From NCBI GenBank assembly GCA_029246845.1, contig JAQWMJ010000022.1, forward strand, positions 1 through 43,150: a DNA stretch of 43,150 nucleotides, read 5' to 3'. The position numbers were made by a program, and so were the translations under genes. This DNA comes from Thermodesulfobacteriota bacterium (lineage in GTDB: Bacteria > Desulfobacterota_D > UBA1144). Within the stretch, counting starts at the first letter, position 1. The number at the start of each line of letters is the position of its first letter. The notes below the pieces were generated by a model. It was not told where the DNA came from. It worked only from the letters and a program-made list of their open reading frames with translations, and did no database searches. Below, in pieces: positions 40,232 through 43,150 of the stretch.

Positions 40232-40264
40232 AGAGGCAGGAGAACTTTCTGCCTCTTTTTTTTT
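40232..40264 (+). terminator. intrinsic terminator after the porin gene
   Basis: AGAGGCAGGAG-aac-TTTCTGCCTCT followed by a T run. Confidence 0.88.
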
Positions 40265-40265
40265 C

Positions 40266-40325
40266 TGGACAAATGAACATTTTTATTATTTAATAGTAAA
40301 AAGCATCTTGCTTTAATGAACATTT
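40266..40325 (+). promoter_or_regulatory. sigma70-type promoter of the nitroreductase gene with two palindromic AATGAACATTT boxes
   Basis: TGGACA-N17-TTTAAT at 40266-40294; boxes at 40272-40282 and 40315-40325. Confidence 0.55.
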
Positions 40326-40338
40326 AGTTGGGGAAAAA

Positions 40339-41232
40339 ATGGAAGTTTTAGAAGCTATAGGGAAAAGAAGGAGTATTAGATTTTATAAGAGTTGGAAGAA
40401 TGTCGAGGATTGGAAGATTCAAGTTATTCTTCAAGCTGCAAGGTATGCCTCATGCCAAGGTAATTGTAATTCAACAGAGGCAATAGTTATAGATAAAGCT
40501 ACATATCCAAGAAAGAAGTGGGATGAGATTGTAGGGTGTGTTTCGGCATTCAATGAATTGCACTTACAAACAGCTCCGAAACTAGTAGTTTGGCTAACTA
40601 ATTTAGATGGGTGGTATAAGGACTTAGTAAAATCCTTTGCGGTACTTTTTCCCTTAAGAGCTATCTCTGCTGCACAAGGATGGACTTATAAGCTGTTAAC
40701 TGAAACTACCTATCCTAGGTTGATGAGTTTTCCTAAAGATAAAACTGAAGATTTATTCAGAATTGAAGCTGGTCAAGCCATGGCACAATCAATGCTTGCA
40801 GCAACAGAGCTAGGATTAGGAACATGTTTGATAGCTACAGGGAGAAATCCGGAAGCTTGGCCAAAAGTATTAGGTTTACCAGAAAATGTAGTTCCTCTGT
40901 GGGCTATGACTGTAGGGTACCCTTTAGAAGACCCAGATCAGCGTCCAAGAAAAAGATTTGATAGATTATTCCATTCTAATGAATATGGTAAGCCTCTAAA
41001 AGAAGATAAAGAAACAAGGACCATGTTGAAAGATGTGGGAATGATTTTAGATCCAAATCCAATTAGTGAAAGAGAAGAGGAGTTGAAAAATATTTGTAGA
41101 TCTTTAGGGCTAACAGAAGAAATGCCTGATATGCCAAAAAATAAAATTAAAGAATTATATAAGAAAGATTCACCATATTATGAAGAATTGCCCAAGGACC
41201 TGTTAAAAGAAATGGTTAAAAAAGGAGTATAA
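40339..41232 (+). CDS. nitroreductase-family FMN-binding protein (atypical, C-terminally extended)
   Basis: AIGKRRSIRFY, EAGQAMAQSMLAATELGLGTC, LGLPE...TVGYP, RPRK. Confidence 0.85.
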   Translation: MEVLEAIGKRRSIRFYKSWKNVEDWKIQVILQAARYASCQGNCNSTEAIVIDKATYPRKKWDEIVGCVSAFNELHLQTAPKLVVWLTNLDGWYKDLVKSFAVLFPLRAISAAQGWTYKLLTETTYPRLMSFPKDKTEDLFRIEAGQAMAQSMLAATELGLGTCLIATGRNPEAWPKVLGLPENVVPLWAMTVGYPLEDPDQRPRKRFDRLFHSNEYGKPLKEDKETRTMLKDVGMILDPNPISEREEELKNICRSLGLTEEMPDMPKNKIKELYKKDSPYYEELPKDLLKEMVKKGV

Positions 41233-41345
41233 GAGGGCTTTTCTTTGGGTCCGGCATAATCATAGATATTGTAGGAATAAAATAAGTATCAATTCCCTTG
41301 ATTAAGAGTTTTTTCTATATAAACTAAATTCTTATTATAAATTAT

Positions 41346-41418
<73 letters not shown>

Positions 41419-41432
41419 TAGTTTCTAACTTA

Positions 41433-41467
41433 TTGTAATATTTATACAAAATTGTATTATTAATACA
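41433..41467 (+). promoter_or_regulatory. tandem TTGTA-N7-TACA palindromes overlapping the putative leaderless promoter of the XRE gene
   Basis: TTGTA-atattta-TACA (41433-41448) and TTGTA-ttattaa-TACA (41452-41467); TTGTAA-N16-TATTAT-N6-ATG. Confidence 0.55.
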
Positions 41468-41901
41468 TGAGCATTCTGAATGTATTTGGTTCTTATTTAA
41501 AAGAAACTCGAAAAAGTAGGAAGGTTACACAAGAGCAATTAGCAATATCTCTTAATGTTTCAACAGTTTATGTTCATCAGCTAGAAACGGCTAAAGTTGA
41601 TGCTCCTGATAAGTCTAAATGTTCTGTAATTGCTCAAACTTTAAATATTGACCCAGATGTTGTTTGGAATAAAGCTAAAGAGCAAAAGTTACTTAGATTC
41701 TTAAATAAGGAAAACATAGTAAATAATTTAGATGAACCAATAACTTATTCTGAAAAACTTTTATTAGATTTGTTTAGAAATTTATCAGACGAGGTTAGGA
41801 AAGATTTTATTGGAATGATTTACATGTTGCTTAAATCAGATAAAAGAATATCTGATCAGAAAGTTCTTTCATCTATAGAAAAACTTTCTAAAACTGCGTG
41901 A
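41467..41901 (+). CDS. XRE/cI-family helix-turn-helix transcriptional regulator
   Basis: FGSYLKETRKSRKVTQEQLAISLNVSTVYVHQLE HTH_3 pattern; C-terminal EKLLLDLFRNLS helical region. Confidence 0.88.
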   Translation: MSILNVFGSYLKETRKSRKVTQEQLAISLNVSTVYVHQLETAKVDAPDKSKCSVIAQTLNIDPDVVWNKAKEQKLLRFLNKENIVNNLDEPITYSEKLLLDLFRNLSDEVRKDFIGMIYMLLKSDKRISDQKVLSSIEKLSKTA

Positions 41902-42638
41902 TGTATTTCCTTAAAAGACTTATCGTAATTGTCTTACTCCAATTGCTTATTTTTTCCTTCATATTCACTTTGTTTGTTTTTAGCTTTAACCAAAGAAGAG
42001 AAGTTAGTAAGAACCAATCTAAAGCTTTAGCCTCTGTAATTGCAGAGCAAGCATCTAATTATTTCGAAGAAAATAACAACAATTTTTCCTCAAAGGACTT
42101 TTTCAATTTTTTAGATGATCAAATTGGCGTTCAAAAACTTACAAATGCCTTCAACGTTAACCCACCAGAACTTTTGACCGTTTATTTTAGGTCTGACATC
42201 ATGAAAGGGATAGTTAACGCTGGTACTGATGACAATTTAAACAAGGATGATGACTCACCCTTTAATAAAACAAATAAATTCTTTTTTAATAATAAATATG
42301 TTGCAATTAAACCCTTTTTTATAGGGACATCTGACATGCCTTATGGTGTGGTAAGAATTGAAACAAGTAATATCCCAATTTTAACTGAGGTTTTATATAA
42401 TAATGGACTCTTTTACATGCTACTTTTTCTTATATTAAACAATCAGGCTTTTCTTTTCTATTTGTGGACCAAAAAGAAAAAATCACTAGATGTAGATACA
42501 GGATATTTGAAAGAGAGCTCCCTTGGATCAATTAAAATAATGCATAAATTACTAGGGGATGTAATTCAAGACCACAAGACTCCTATCACGGAGAACAATA
42601 AACCAGCTAATGTTTTGAACATTGATGATAAAAAATGA
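41898..42638 (+). CDS. two-TM membrane protein with an extracytoplasmic sensor-like domain and a short cytoplasmic tail
   Basis: Hydrophobic segments at the N-terminus and near residues 170-190, YGVVRIE strand before TM2, KKKK after TM2; GTGA overlap with the XRE stop. Confidence 0.65.
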   Translation: MMYFLKRLIVIVLLQLLIFSFIFTLFVFSFNQRREVSKNQSKALASVIAEQASNYFEENNNNFSSKDFFNFLDDQIGVQKLTNAFNVNPPELLTVYFRSDIMKGIVNAGTDDNLNKDDDSPFNKTNKFFFNNKYVAIKPFFIGTSDMPYGVVRIETSNIPILTEVLYNNGLFYMLLFLILNNQAFLFYLWTKKKKSLDVDTGYLKESSLGSIKIMHKLLGDVIQDHKTPITENNKPANVLNIDDKK

Positions 42639-42997
42639 ATTTTTTTAAACTAATACTTCTAGCAGCCTTTATCTTCACTTTTGTATCATGTGAGAAATTA
42701 CAAGGTAAACCCGGTGTTGATTTCCTTGGTCCTGTCCTAGAAGTTGTCGGAGAAGGGGGTAAGCTAGGTTATACCGGTAAGGTGATAAATAACTCAGACC
42801 AAAAGTTAAAAAATGTATTAGTAAGATATATTGCCAAGAATAAAGATGGTAGAATTATTGAGGCAATAACAATACCATTGATTGGAAGTAAGGGATTAGT
42901 AATCTTAAAAAACGAGATCGTTGATTTTCAATTTATGCTTCGTAGTGAAACCAAAAATGTTTTTAGCAAACAACTAACCTTGGATTACGTTGAATAA
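42635..42997 (+). CDS. small lipoprotein with an Ig-like (FxLYD-type) domain
   Basis: Lipobox FVSC; YTGKVINNSDQKLKNVLVRYIAKNKDG pattern; ATGA overlap with the previous gene. Confidence 0.65.
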   Translation: MNFFKLILLAAFIFTFVSCEKLQGKPGVDFLGPVLEVVGEGGKLGYTGKVINNSDQKLKNVLVRYIAKNKDGRIIEAITIPLIGSKGLVILKNEIVDFQFMLRSETKNVFSKQLTLDYVE

Positions 42998-43028
42998 GTA
43001 AGTTAAAATACCTTCAAAGGAGTTGCAT

Positions 43029-43150
43029 ATGAGTCAGTTAAAAATAAGAATATTGATAGCTAAAGCAGGACTAGATGGCCATGATAGAGGTGCAAAAATT
43101 ATCACCAGAGCATTAAGAGATGCTGGTTTTGAAGTTATTTATACTGGACT
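43029..43150 (+). CDS. stand-alone cobalamin-binding subunit of methylmalonyl-CoA mutase (3' truncated by window edge)
   Basis: My translation: [40 protein letters not shown], containing the DxHxxG B12 motif; AAGGAG RBS. Confidence 0.92.
   Translation, partial: MSQLKIRILIAKAGLDGHDRGAKIITRALRDAGFEVIYTG

Noticed and set aside
41433..41467. NtcA box interpretation of the GTA...TAC dyads
   Set aside because: Spacing is N7 rather than the GTA-N8-TAC of NtcA, and the gene content is not cyanobacterial
42998..43028. Cobalamin riboswitch upstream of the mutase subunit
   Set aside because: The spacer is only 31 bp, too short for the element

Overview
Very AT-rich (about 30% GC by eye), extremely gene-dense bacterial chromosome segment made almost entirely of housekeeping and metabolic genes: argB(partial)-argD-argF, uvrC, nth, glnB-glnA, two tandem paralogous acyl-CoA ligases, GT4-trpF-trpB-trpA, tatA, EVE-meaB-rng-mce, hisA-hisF-dgt-mqnA-mqnD, dapF plus an amidohydrolase, a PhaB/FabG-like SDR, prfA plus a ccsA-like gene, zapB-zapA-fau-rny, miaB-trmFO-glyQ-glyS-ppdK, an MFS transporter, a beta-barrel porin, an atypical nitroreductase, tRNA-Phe(GAA), an XRE/membrane protein/lipoprotein trio and the start of a B12-binding mutase subunit. 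The gene content (futalosine pathway, TrmFO, RNase Y with RNase E/G, glyQS-ppdK, sigma54 promoters) and strong streamlining fit a deltaproteobacteria-related lineage such as marine pelagic Dadabacteria; this is inference only. No CRISPR array, integrase, transposase or rRNA was seen. The most interesting signals are: (1) three conserved genes whose N-termini can only be translated from non-canonical ATT/CTG starts, alongside recurrent leaderless-type promoters; (2) a translationally coupled XRE repressor, kinase-less two-TM sensor-like protein and lipoprotein with tandem palindromic operators; (3) sigma54 promoters at glnB-glnA and at the porin; (4) a UvrC lacking its HhH domain and a perfect inverted repeat between uvrC and nth; (5) no room for 6S RNA at its usual zapA-fau position; (6) duplicated ligases with atypical motifs and a 50-bp identical tract.
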